DNA of 64,000 bases, from the NCBI GenBank assembly GCA_040882265.1, contig JBBEBO010000157.1:14778-78777 (forward strand). The letters run 5' to 3'. Below the pieces are notes generated by a model. The model did not search any database. It worked only from the letters and a program-made list of their open reading frames with translations, and had not been told where the DNA came from. Positions 20,136-28,326 of this stretch are shown piece after piece. This DNA is from Brumimicrobium sp. GTDB taxonomy: Bacteria; Bacteroidota; Bacteroidia; Flavobacteriales_D; Crocinitomicaceae. Positions within the stretch are counted from its first letter, which is position 1. Every line of letters starts with the position of its first letter. Both the position numbers and the translations under genes were made by a program.

Positions 20136-20470
20136 TAAATTGTATTTTACAACCATTTAAATCAAGTATATAAACAGCTTTATTTAATCTAAAAATTTAG
20201 ATATTTGTTTAGTTAAATTATAATAAATCACGTCTTCTTTAATGGCTTTTCTAAATGAATTTCATAGCTTGTTTTGGATATATATCTATTTGGGCTATAT
20301 GAATGCAAAAGCAATAGTTATGGAAGAAGCAATTTGGCTTTGGAATAGGAAATTCATGAATAAATCGGGTTAAAACCTCTAGGATTTTTAATTGGTTATG
20401 AAAGACTGGGAGCGGGAGCTGATTTATATCAAAAAATTAAGAGGAAGCTAAAGGGATGACAAACAAATAG

Positions 20471-21739
20471 TTAAAATGTTGATACAAAATCAATTAGTAA
20501 CTTTACAATATTGTCATAAGCCGCAAAAGAAAGTTCTTCGTGGGTATCAAAAACATCATGGTAGTGTTTATTGTGCCCCATTGTGTATATAAAGAAACTT
20601 GGCACACCTTCTTTATAAAAATAGTAGTGATCGCTGTTTTGGGTTTCTCCTCTCGATTTTACTTTTGTTAGATAGTTCTTTTCAGCATTAATTTCCTGCA
20701 GTTTTTCAAACGGTTCTTTCAGTTTTGAGCCATTTACAACTGTTATTCCTTCTTCTCCACTTCCCATGATATCTAAGTTCAACAAAAAGGCAATTTTTTT
20801 CATTTTTATAGATTTTTCCTCTACAAAATGTTTGGAGCCTAGTAAACCAGCTTCTTCTCCTGCAAAGGCAATAAAAAGTAAATTGTAATCAACTGGGTTT
20901 TCTCTGAAATAATCAGCCATAGAAATCAACATGGCTGTGCCACTTGCGTTATCGTTTGCGCCTGGGAAATACGCTTCAGTACCCATCCCCCCCAAATGGT
21001 CATAGTGAGCTGTAAAAACAATAGTTTTCGCTCGTTTCTTACCAGAAGGCAAATAGCCAGCAACATTTTTGCTTTCAAAGTTTTGAACGAATTTTGCTTC
21101 TATATCTAATTCAAAATTCATTTTTTCTTCCACAAATTCTTCTTTGAGGATAACGAAAGGAAAATTCATTTTTTCACGTCCAACAGACCATGTAAATTTT
21201 TGTGAAGTAGTGATCACAACGGGAGCTTTATTGGCTAAAAACGTTAATCCATAAAGCATTTCATTTTCTTTTTTTGAGCTAGTATTGCGCACATCAATAA
21301 AAAATGCGTTTGCATCGCTTGACTCAATTTTTCCAATTGCTTCTTTTATTTGTGTTGGGTCATCTAAAACACTTGTATCAATCGTAGGAGCAAAAATTAA
21401 TTCTCCTTCAAAACCACCAGAGCTTGCATCAACTACAAAGTCTTTTCCCGCAGTTAAAGTTTTATCATTCAGCTTGACATCCATATTTCCTGGAAATGTA
21501 TTGACATCAAACTTGAAGTGTTGAAAATAGGAGTCATCAAAATATGGTTGGAGTCCTGATTTTTTAAATTTTGAGGCTAAATAGTCACCAGCTTTGTTTA
21601 CACCATTTTTTAGGTAACCACGGCCAAAAAGTGAATCGCTACAAAGCACTTCTGTAATTTCCATTGCTTTTTCGCGCTGGGTAATCCCCGCTGAAACAAA
21701 AAGAAAAGTGATCAAAAACAAATAAATTTTAATCAGCAT
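20471..21739 (-). CDS. Peptidase M28 family, exported
   Basis: AHYDHLG, GANDNASG, FAGEEAGLLGS, NLDIMG, SDH and YHDVFD zinc-binding motifs. Confidence 0.92.
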   Translation of the reverse strand: MLIKIYLFLITFLFVSAGITQREKAMEITEVLCSDSLFGRGYLKNGVNKAGDYLASKFKKSGLQPYFDDSYFQHFKFDVNTFPGNMDVKLNDKTLTAGKDFVVDASSGGFEGELIFAPTIDTSVLDDPTQIKEAIGKIESSDANAFFIDVRNTSSKKENEMLYGLTFLANKAPVVITTSQKFTWSVGREKMNFPFVILKEEFVEEKMNFELDIEAKFVQNFESKNVAGYLPSGKKRAKTIVFTAHYDHLGGMGTEAYFPGANDNASGTAMLISMADYFRENPVDYNLLFIAFAGEEAGLLGSKHFVEEKSIKMKKIAFLLNLDIMGSGEEGITVVNGSKLKEPFEKLQEINAEKNYLTKVKSRGETQNSDHYYFYKEGVPSFFIYTMGHNKHYHDVFDTHEELSFAAYDNIVKLLIDFVSTF

Positions 21740-22517
21740 ATCTACGATCGATTATTTTAACAAACTCTTCAACTATTGGACTTTCAGCGTCCCAACTTTG
21801 TTCAGCAGCAATTTCACTTAATTGATAACGTGCATTTTCATTGCTTTCTTGATTATCCAAAATGTCAATTGCTTTGTTAAACAACTCACTATTTCCAGCA
21901 AAAAGTTCTGATATAAATTGTAATTTATCGTTTAGCCCAATGGATCCCTTTAAAGAGTTGATTTTAGCCGAACCCAGTTTCCCCATTAACGAATCGTCGT
22001 GAACTTGAGTAAACCGTTCAAAAAATGAACTAATTTCAGGGTCTTCTATATTTTTAGTTTCAGGCACTTCTTTTTTGTTGTTTTCATTCTTCGCTTTTTC
22101 TACCTGTTTTTCCTGAACGTTATTGGTTATGTTGTTTTCTTCTGCCTCTAAATTTGATTTCTGATCTTTATTACCTGTTGTTTGAGGTGCGTCTTCATCA
22201 CTCGAAAAATCAAATGCTATTTCACCTACAACCTCTTTTTGAGGCTTTGGAGTCGGTTTTTCTTCTTTTTTAGAAGAATTTCCCTCTGCTTCCACTTCCT
22301 TTACGGGTGGAATTACTTGTTCTTTTTTGCTTTCTTTCTTGGAATAAACGTTTGCTTCTTTGGCTTTATAATTTAATACAATCGCACGTTCGTAAAGCCT
22401 GCGCGACAATGTTTCAAATTCAATTAACTCGTCTTCAGACAAATCTCCTTTAGACAATTGGTCGCTTAAAGCTTTTAGACGGTTTGTAATTTCCTGATGT
22501 GAATGAAATGCCGACAT
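21729..22517 (-). CDS. Hypothetical protein (N-terminal helix, long charged linker, conserved-looking helical C-terminal domain)
   Basis: 262-aa ORF overlapping the M28 gene start; C-terminal 'IGLNDKLQFISELFAGN...FVKIIDRRY'. Confidence 0.75.
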   Translation of the reverse strand: MSAFHSHQEITNRLKALSDQLSKGDLSEDELIEFETLSRRLYERAIVLNYKAKEANVYSKKESKKEQVIPPVKEVEAEGNSSKKEEKPTPKPQKEVVGEIAFDFSSDEDAPQTTGNKDQKSNLEAEENNITNNVQEKQVEKAKNENNKKEVPETKNIEDPEISSFFERFTQVHDDSLMGKLGSAKINSLKGSIGLNDKLQFISELFAGNSELFNKAIDILDNQESNENARYQLSEIAAEQSWDAESPIVEEFVKIIDRRYAD

Positions 22518-22710
22518 AATAAATTATTCATGTTATTTTGTAAATACCAAAGTTAAGACTCTTTTTAATATAGTCAGAAAGAGGAAAGTTAAAAGTTTGC
22601 AAATAAAAAAGAGGGTACCCATTTTCAGGACGAGACAACCTTTTGTTTGCCTATTATGGTGTTATAATCCATTGTAAATACAACCAAGCAACTTAAATAA
22701 CTATTTTTCG

Positions 22711-22718
22711 TATATTTG
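22711..22718 (+). promoter_or_regulatory. Bacteroidota -7 promoter element of the TA operon
   Basis: TATATTTG 16 nt upstream of the ATG at 22735. Confidence 0.55.
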
Positions 22719-22734
22719 AATAAATATCAGTAAG

Positions 22735-23040
22735 ATGGTAAAATTGATTCAAGAAAATAGAGATGAATTGCAAAGGCTTTGTGAAAAGTACGATATTAAG
22801 ACTATGTATTTGTTCGGTTCAGCCACATCAGATAAATTCAAAGATTCAAGTGATGTAGATATACTAATATCTTTTCAAGAAATTCCTTTCGATAAATACA
22901 CTGACAATTACTTCGAGCTACACGTAGAACTCGAGAAGTTATTTAATCGCAAGGTAGATCTTGTGACAGAGCGCTCCCTATCCAATCCATATTTTATACA
23001 GAGCGTAGAAAAATCGAAGCAATTGTTATATGCTGCATAA
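22735..23040 (+). CDS. mntA: Minimal nucleotidyltransferase (MNT) antitoxin
   Basis: GS-X10-DVD motif (GSATSDKFKDSSDVD); KVDLV; 101 aa. Confidence 0.9.
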   Translation: MVKLIQENRDELQRLCEKYDIKTMYLFGSATSDKFKDSSDVDILISFQEIPFDKYTDNYFELHVELEKLFNRKVDLVTERSLSNPYFIQSVEKSKQLLYAA

Positions 23041-23365
23041 TGTAAAAATGTATTTATCAGACATTTCGAATTCAATTGAATCGATCTATGAATATCTCGG
23101 CGAAGAAAGAGATTTTAATAAATATGAATCGAATAAACTTCTTCGTCGTGCTGTAGAGAGAGAATTGGAGATTATTGGAGAAGCAGTAAATCGTTTACTA
23201 AAATTGGACTCGAGCATTGTCATTTCTGATGCGCGAAGAATTGTAAGCCTACGCAATTGGGTTATACATGCTTATGACAATGTCGATAATGTAATTATTT
23301 GGGGAATAATAAATAAAGATCTGCCTATGCTTGAAAAACAAGTCAAAAAGTTACTCAAAGAATAG
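23030..23365 (+). CDS. hepT: HEPN/DUF86 RNase toxin
   Basis: RNWVIHAY matches RX4HXY; AVERELEIIGEA; overlaps the MNT gene by 11 nt. Confidence 0.9.
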   Translation: MLHNVKMYLSDISNSIESIYEYLGEERDFNKYESNKLLRRAVERELEIIGEAVNRLLKLDSSIVISDARRIVSLRNWVIHAYDNVDNVIIWGIINKDLPMLEKQVKKLLKE

Positions 23366-23413
23366 GGCTAATAAGATAACTTCCGCCGTTAGGAGCATTG
23401 GTTCATCAGCAAT

Positions 23414-23456
23414 AAGCTATCGAGCCGCTACTAAAACGTCATGGACTCGATAGCTT
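23414..23456. repeat. Inverted repeat between convergent hepT and hppD
   Basis: AAGCTATCGAG (23414-23424) and CTCGATAGCTT (23446-23456), 21-nt loop. Confidence 0.6.
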
Positions 23457-23519
23457 TGCAAAACGATGATAGTTTGACATAATTACCCCGTCTTACCCTC
23501 TTAAAATCTCAACATCTAT

Positions 23520-24680
23520 CTACAAAGTCCCTCTCAACCCTTGTTCACGTTCGATTGACTCAAACAAAGCTTTAAAGTTCCCTGCGCCAAATCCTCTCGC
23601 TCCCATTCGTTGAATGATTTCAAAAAACAACGTTGGACGATCTTCAACTGGTTTAGTAAATATTTGAAGCAAGTATCCTTCTTCGTCAGCATCAACCATG
23701 ATGCCAAGCTTTTGAATTGCATTAATATCTTCTTGAAGCTCATGATCATGTGCTCCTAAACGCTCTGGAATTTCATCATAATACGTCTGTGGTGGAACAG
23801 ATAAAAACTCTACTCCACGATTTCTCAAGTCCGAAACAGTTTTTATGATATCGTCTGTGGCAACTGCGATATGTTGTACACCTGATCCTTCATAATAATC
23901 GAGATATTCTTCAATTTGAGATTTTTTCTTTCCTTTTGCTGGTTCGTTGATAGGGAATTTAATTCTTCCGTTTCCATTCGACATCACTTTCGACATCAAA
24001 GCAGAGTACTCTGTGTGAATTTGTTTATCGTCAAACGAAAGAAAGTTTTCGAATCCCATAACATCTTCATACCATTTTACCCAAGTATCCATTTGATTCC
24101 AACCTACGTTACCTACCATGTGGTCGATAAACTTTAAACCAACAGGCTCTGGGTTGTAATCTGATTCCCATTTTACATATCCTGGTAAAAAGTCGCCGTT
24201 GTAATTTTTACGCTCTACAAACATGTGAACCGTTTCACCATACGTGTAAATTCCAGCGCGAACAACTTCACCATTTTCATCTTTTTCAACAGTTGGTTCC
24301 ATGTAAGATTTTGCTCCACGTTTTGTTGTTTCTTCATAAGCTAAGCGAGCATCTTCAACCCACAAAGCGACAACTTTCACACCATCACCGTGTTTTTTCA
24401 CGTGTTCTCCAATTGGAGATTCTGAGTTAAGTGCTGTCGTTAAAACAATGCGGATTTTATCTTGCTTTAAAACATAAGAAGCACGATCTCTCACACCTGT
24501 TTCCAATCCAGCATAAGCATGTGATTGAAAACCGAAAGCTGTTTTATAAAAATGTGCTGCTTGCTTTGCATTTCCTACATAAAACTCAACATAATCCGTT
24601 CCTAAAAGCGGTAAAAAATCTTGAGCTCCTTCAAATATCTTCTCTAATCCGTATTCTACATTTTTTACTTGTTTTGCCAT
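23520..24680 (-). CDS. hppD: 4-hydroxyphenylpyruvate dioxygenase
   Basis: IDHMVGN, GVQHIA, LLQIFTKP, FFEIIQR and GFGAGNFKALFESIERE. Confidence 0.97.
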   Translation of the reverse strand: MAKQVKNVEYGLEKIFEGAQDFLPLLGTDYVEFYVGNAKQAAHFYKTAFGFQSHAYAGLETGVRDRASYVLKQDKIRIVLTTALNSESPIGEHVKKHGDGVKVVALWVEDARLAYEETTKRGAKSYMEPTVEKDENGEVVRAGIYTYGETVHMFVERKNYNGDFLPGYVKWESDYNPEPVGLKFIDHMVGNVGWNQMDTWVKWYEDVMGFENFLSFDDKQIHTEYSALMSKVMSNGNGRIKFPINEPAKGKKKSQIEEYLDYYEGSGVQHIAVATDDIIKTVSDLRNRGVEFLSVPPQTYYDEIPERLGAHDHELQEDINAIQKLGIMVDADEEGYLLQIFTKPVEDRPTLFFEIIQRMGARGFGAGNFKALFESIEREQGLRGTL

Positions 24681-24729
24681 ACCTTTTAATTTTTTTGAAT
24701 CTAATCAATTCTGTTTTTGTCAATTTTTA

Positions 24730-25890
24730 TTATTCTTCCAACCAAGATTTAAAATAATCTTTGTCAGCGATATCTAACGCTGTTTGTGTAAGTCTTAACG
24801 GTTTAAACGTATCCACCATTACTGCCAATTCTCCCGTTTCTTTTTTTCCGATACTTTTCTCCATAGCTCCTGGGTGCGGTCCGTGAGGGATTCCCGCTGG
24901 GTGCAATGAAATATATCCTTTCTCGACGTGATTTCTCGACATAAAATCTCCATCCACATAATAAAGCACCTCATCAGAATCAATATTACTGTGATTATAA
25001 GGTGCGGGAACTGCTTCAGGATGGTAATCATAAAGTCTCGGACAGAATGAACAAACTACGTAGTTATGCGCTTCAAACGTTTGATGTACGGGTGGTGGCT
25101 GGTGTACTCTACCTGTTATTGGTTCGAAATCCTTTATGTTAAATGCATAAGGGAAATTATATCCATCCCAACCTACCACATCAAAAGGATGCGAAGCATA
25201 AGTGATTTGGTGCAATTCATTTTCTTTTTTGATTTTAATCAAAAACTCCCCTTTTTCATCGTGCGTTTCAAGTTTTTCGGGAGTTCTCAAATCGCGCTCA
25301 CAAAATGGCGCGTGTTCCATCAATTGCCCAAAGTTATTTCTATAACGCTTTGGAGTTAAAATTGGCGAAAATGATTCTACAATAAATAACCTGTTACTTT
25401 CTGTGTCAAATAAAATCTGATAGATAATCCCTCTTGGAACAACTAAATAGTCACCGGGACCAAATTTTATGTTTCCAAGCATCGTTCTTAATGTTCCCGT
25501 TCCCTGATGCACAAAAATCATTTCATCAGCATCAGCATTTTTATAGAAATAATCTTTTAATGAATCTTTCGGTGCAGATAGAACAATGTTGAGGTCATTA
25601 TTAAATAAGACCGTTTTTCTACTTTCTAAAAAATCTTTTTCAGGTTTAACTTGAAACCCGTTAAGCATTTGACTTGTGATGTTTTTATTTACCGCCGCCT
25701 TTGGTGTGAGGTCTATACTTTTACCAATCGTTTTCACCTGAGTAGGGCGGTGTACATGATACATCAGCGAAGCCATACCGCTGAAACCTTCAGTTCCAAA
25801 CAGCTGCTCGTAGTAATATCCACCATCCTCTTTTTTAAAAGTGGTGTGTCTTTTATGTGGAATTTTACCAAGTTTTGAATAAAATGGCAT
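24730..25890 (-). CDS. hmgA: Homogentisate 1,2-dioxygenase
   Basis: QPPPVHQTF, PYNHSNIDSDE, SLHPAGIPHGPHPG and LAVMVDT; adjacent to hppD. Confidence 0.95.
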   Translation of the reverse strand: MPFYSKLGKIPHKRHTTFKKEDGGYYYEQLFGTEGFSGMASLMYHVHRPTQVKTIGKSIDLTPKAAVNKNITSQMLNGFQVKPEKDFLESRKTVLFNNDLNIVLSAPKDSLKDYFYKNADADEMIFVHQGTGTLRTMLGNIKFGPGDYLVVPRGIIYQILFDTESNRLFIVESFSPILTPKRYRNNFGQLMEHAPFCERDLRTPEKLETHDEKGEFLIKIKKENELHQITYASHPFDVVGWDGYNFPYAFNIKDFEPITGRVHQPPPVHQTFEAHNYVVCSFCPRLYDYHPEAVPAPYNHSNIDSDEVLYYVDGDFMSRNHVEKGYISLHPAGIPHGPHPGAMEKSIGKKETGELAVMVDTFKPLRLTQTALDIADKDYFKSWLEE

Positions 25891-26025
25891 AAATAATATT
25901 TTTATATGTGAATAATTCTTTCCTGAGCTTTTTTACGCCAGGGTCATTCGGGATTGCGTTTTAAAAGACGCTTTGTTTTTTTACCAATACTACCGTATGT
26001 ATTCATAAATAAAATCTGTTTCCTA

Positions 26026-26033
26026 CAAATATA
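26026..26033 (-). promoter_or_regulatory. Bacteroidota -7 element for hmgA-hppD
   Basis: TATATTTG on the minus strand about 135 nt upstream of hmgA. Confidence 0.5.
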
Positions 26034-26110
26034 AAAATTTGAGAGCGGTTTACGAACAATATTGATATACTTTATCAAGTCATTATGACAAAAGTCAGTT
26101 CTAAGTATGG

Positions 26111-26860
26111 CTATTTTGCAATTGCAATTGTCAATAGGCTGATTTCAATTTCAGGAATTACTTCTTTAATTGTTCTCGCAGCAGATTCTAAAGTTGATCC
26201 AGTTGTGAGTACATCATCAACGATTGCTACGTGTTTGTATTTACTTAGATCGTTTACATTGGCTTTAAATATAGACTTTACATTATCCCAACGTTCAAAA
26301 CGATTCTTTTTAGTTTGTGAATCGTGATGCTTCTTTCTTTGTATTCCCACAATAATTGGAATTTCAAGCACATTGCTAACTCCTTGAGCGATCAATAAAC
26401 TCTGATTGTAACCTCTTATAAATCCTTTTTTAGAATGAAGGGGGATTGGGATTAAAGCATCAATGTTCTTGTATTTAGACTTATCTTTAATTCGCTTGCC
26501 AATAATTTCACCCATATATATACCAAGTTCCTTTCCCTCTTTGTATTTAATGGTATGTAAGATCGTTTGAGTTGAATTTCCCTTTTCAAAAAACAAACAT
26601 GCAAATACATTTTCAATTTTCACTCTTCCCCAAAATAATTCATCTGCAATTGTTTGATTTTCATACTTTTCATAATCAGTGAAATGTATTTTTTCAAAGC
26701 AACTAAAACAAAAATGAGGTTGCGTTTCTGGAAGTTCGACTCCGCAAATTAAACATGGTTTCGGATAGATCAGTGAAAGAAATCCATCCATACTTTTCTT
26801 TAAATTCGTATGCGCCTTTCTCAGCTTCATTTTGCGTTTGATTTTAGGTTTATTCAACAA
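26111..26860 (-). CDS. comF: ComF family phosphoribosyltransferase-like protein (true start probably the downstream MDGFL)
   Basis: CxxC...CxxC zinc motif; IPIPLH, RGYNQS and IVDDVLTTGSTL. Confidence 0.88.
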   Translation of the reverse strand: MLNKPKIKRKMKLRKAHTNLKKSMDGFLSLIYPKPCLICGVELPETQPHFCFSCFEKIHFTDYEKYENQTIADELFWGRVKIENVFACLFFEKGNSTQTILHTIKYKEGKELGIYMGEIIGKRIKDKSKYKNIDALIPIPLHSKKGFIRGYNQSLLIAQGVSNVLEIPIIVGIQRKKHHDSQTKKNRFERWDNVKSIFKANVNDLSKYKHVAIVDDVLTTGSTLESAARTIKEVIPEIEISLLTIAIAK

Positions 26861-27068
26861 TAATTTGTTCGTAACATCGGTAGAATATTTTTTATTTAAG
26901 GTAAATTATAGCTTAATTTTATAGGACGTTCTTCTAAAGTGCTGATTGTACAAGATGTCGGATAAGATACTGATATTTATCGATAAAACAATATTAAATT
27001 ACTGTGAATATCTTTTTAATTGATGTTAATAATGTCCTCGATGACCATCAGTCAAGGCGTTAAAAATT

Positions 27069-27077
27069 TTATCCACA
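27069..27077 (+). promoter_or_regulatory. DnaA box (perfect consensus)
   Basis: TTATCCACA about 220 bp upstream of nrdB; a one-mismatch inverted box TGTGAATAT lies at 27003-27011. Confidence 0.55.
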
Positions 27078-27297
27078 TTCTAAATTTAGAATTGTGAATT
27101 TCTTTAGTTGTGAGTGAGCAAATAATTGACAATTTTTGTAGAGCTCAAATGAGGGTTTCGATTTGCTAAATGAAGAAACTTTTTTCAAATCTGAGCAATT
27201 AACAAGAAGGACTGGGAGAGTTGATTTTTGAATGAAAAAAGTGTAGAGAAGACTACACATGATAATATATTATTGCACAATAAAAAAAGGTTAAAAA

Positions 27298-28272
27298 ATG
27301 GCACAAAACGAACCAATCTTAGAGGAAAACAAGAACAGATTTGTACTGTTCCCAATTAAACATGATGACATCTGGGCATTCTACAAAAAAGCGGAAGCAA
27401 GCTTTTGGACAGCAGAAGAAATAGATCTATCACCAGACTTAGTCGATTGGGAAAACAAATTAAATGATGATGAACGTTATTTTGTAAAACATGTACTGGC
27501 TTTCTTTGCCGCTTCGGATGGAATTGTTAATGAAAATTTAGCTGAAAACTTCGTGGCTGAAGTACAATACACAGAAGCAAAATTTTTCTATGGTTTCCAA
27601 ATTGCAATGGAAAACATTCATTCGGAAACATACTCTTTGTTAATTGACACTTATATCAAAAACAATGAAGAAAAGAACGAGCTTTTTAATGCTATTGACA
27701 CAATGGAGTGTGTTAAGAAAAAGGCAGATTGGGCGCTTCGTTGGATAGATGAAGGTAACTTCGCAGAGCGTTTGATTGCTTTTGCTGCAGTTGAAGGAAT
27801 CTTTTTCTCAGGGTCTTTTTGTTCAATCTTCTGGCTGAAGAAAAGAGGCTTGATGCCAGGTCTTTCTTTCTCAAATGAATTGATTTCAAGAGATGAAGGA
27901 TTGCATTGTGATTTTGCGTGTCTATTATACAACAATCACTTAAATAATAAGCTTTCAGAAGAAAAAGTGAGAAGTATCATTTTAGACGCTGTTGTAATTG
28001 AAAAAGAATTTATCCTTGAGGCATTACCAGTTCGTTTAATTGGAATGAATTCAGAATTGATGTCTCAATATATCGAATTTGTTGCTGATAGACTGTTAAT
28101 GGAGCTAGGATGTAAAAAAGAATATAACGCTACAAACCCATTCGACTTTATGGACATGATTTCTATAGAAGGAAAAACTAATTTCTTCGAAAAACGTGTT
28201 GCAGAATACCAGAAAGCAGGAGTGATGGGAGATAATGAAGATAAGTCATTTAGCACAGATGAGGACTTTTAG
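27298..28272 (+). CDS. nrdB: Ribonucleotide reductase class Ia beta subunit
   Basis: [26 protein letters not shown] (radical Tyr), [14 protein letters not shown] and NFFE. Confidence 0.97.
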   Translation: MAQNEPILEENKNRFVLFPIKHDDIWAFYKKAEASFWTAEEIDLSPDLVDWENKLNDDERYFVKHVLAFFAASDGIVNENLAENFVAEVQYTEAKFFYGFQIAMENIHSETYSLLIDTYIKNNEEKNELFNAIDTMECVKKKADWALRWIDEGNFAERLIAFAAVEGIFFSGSFCSIFWLKKRGLMPGLSFSNELISRDEGLHCDFACLLYNNHLNNKLSEEKVRSIILDAVVIEKEFILEALPVRLIGMNSELMSQYIEFVADRLLMELGCKKEYNATNPFDFMDMISIEGKTNFFEKRVAEYQKAGVMGDNEDKSFSTDEDF

Positions 28273-28326
28273 TATCAGAAAATTAGTTAAGGAAACCAGT
28301 AGTATAAACCCAATAAAAAAACTTAC

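Noticed and set aside
23366-23400. CCGTTAGGAGCA after hepT and ATTGTAAATACAAC (about 22672) before mntA as possible integron attC ends
   Set aside because: No complementary RYYYAAC/GTTRRRY core pair with L boxes could be built, and no integrase or cassette array is present.
27262-27273. NrdR box upstream of nrdB
   Set aside because: The core lacks the conserved C and G of CwAtATaTwG, there is no tandem second box, and NrdR is not expected in this phylum. Kept only as an unassigned palindrome.
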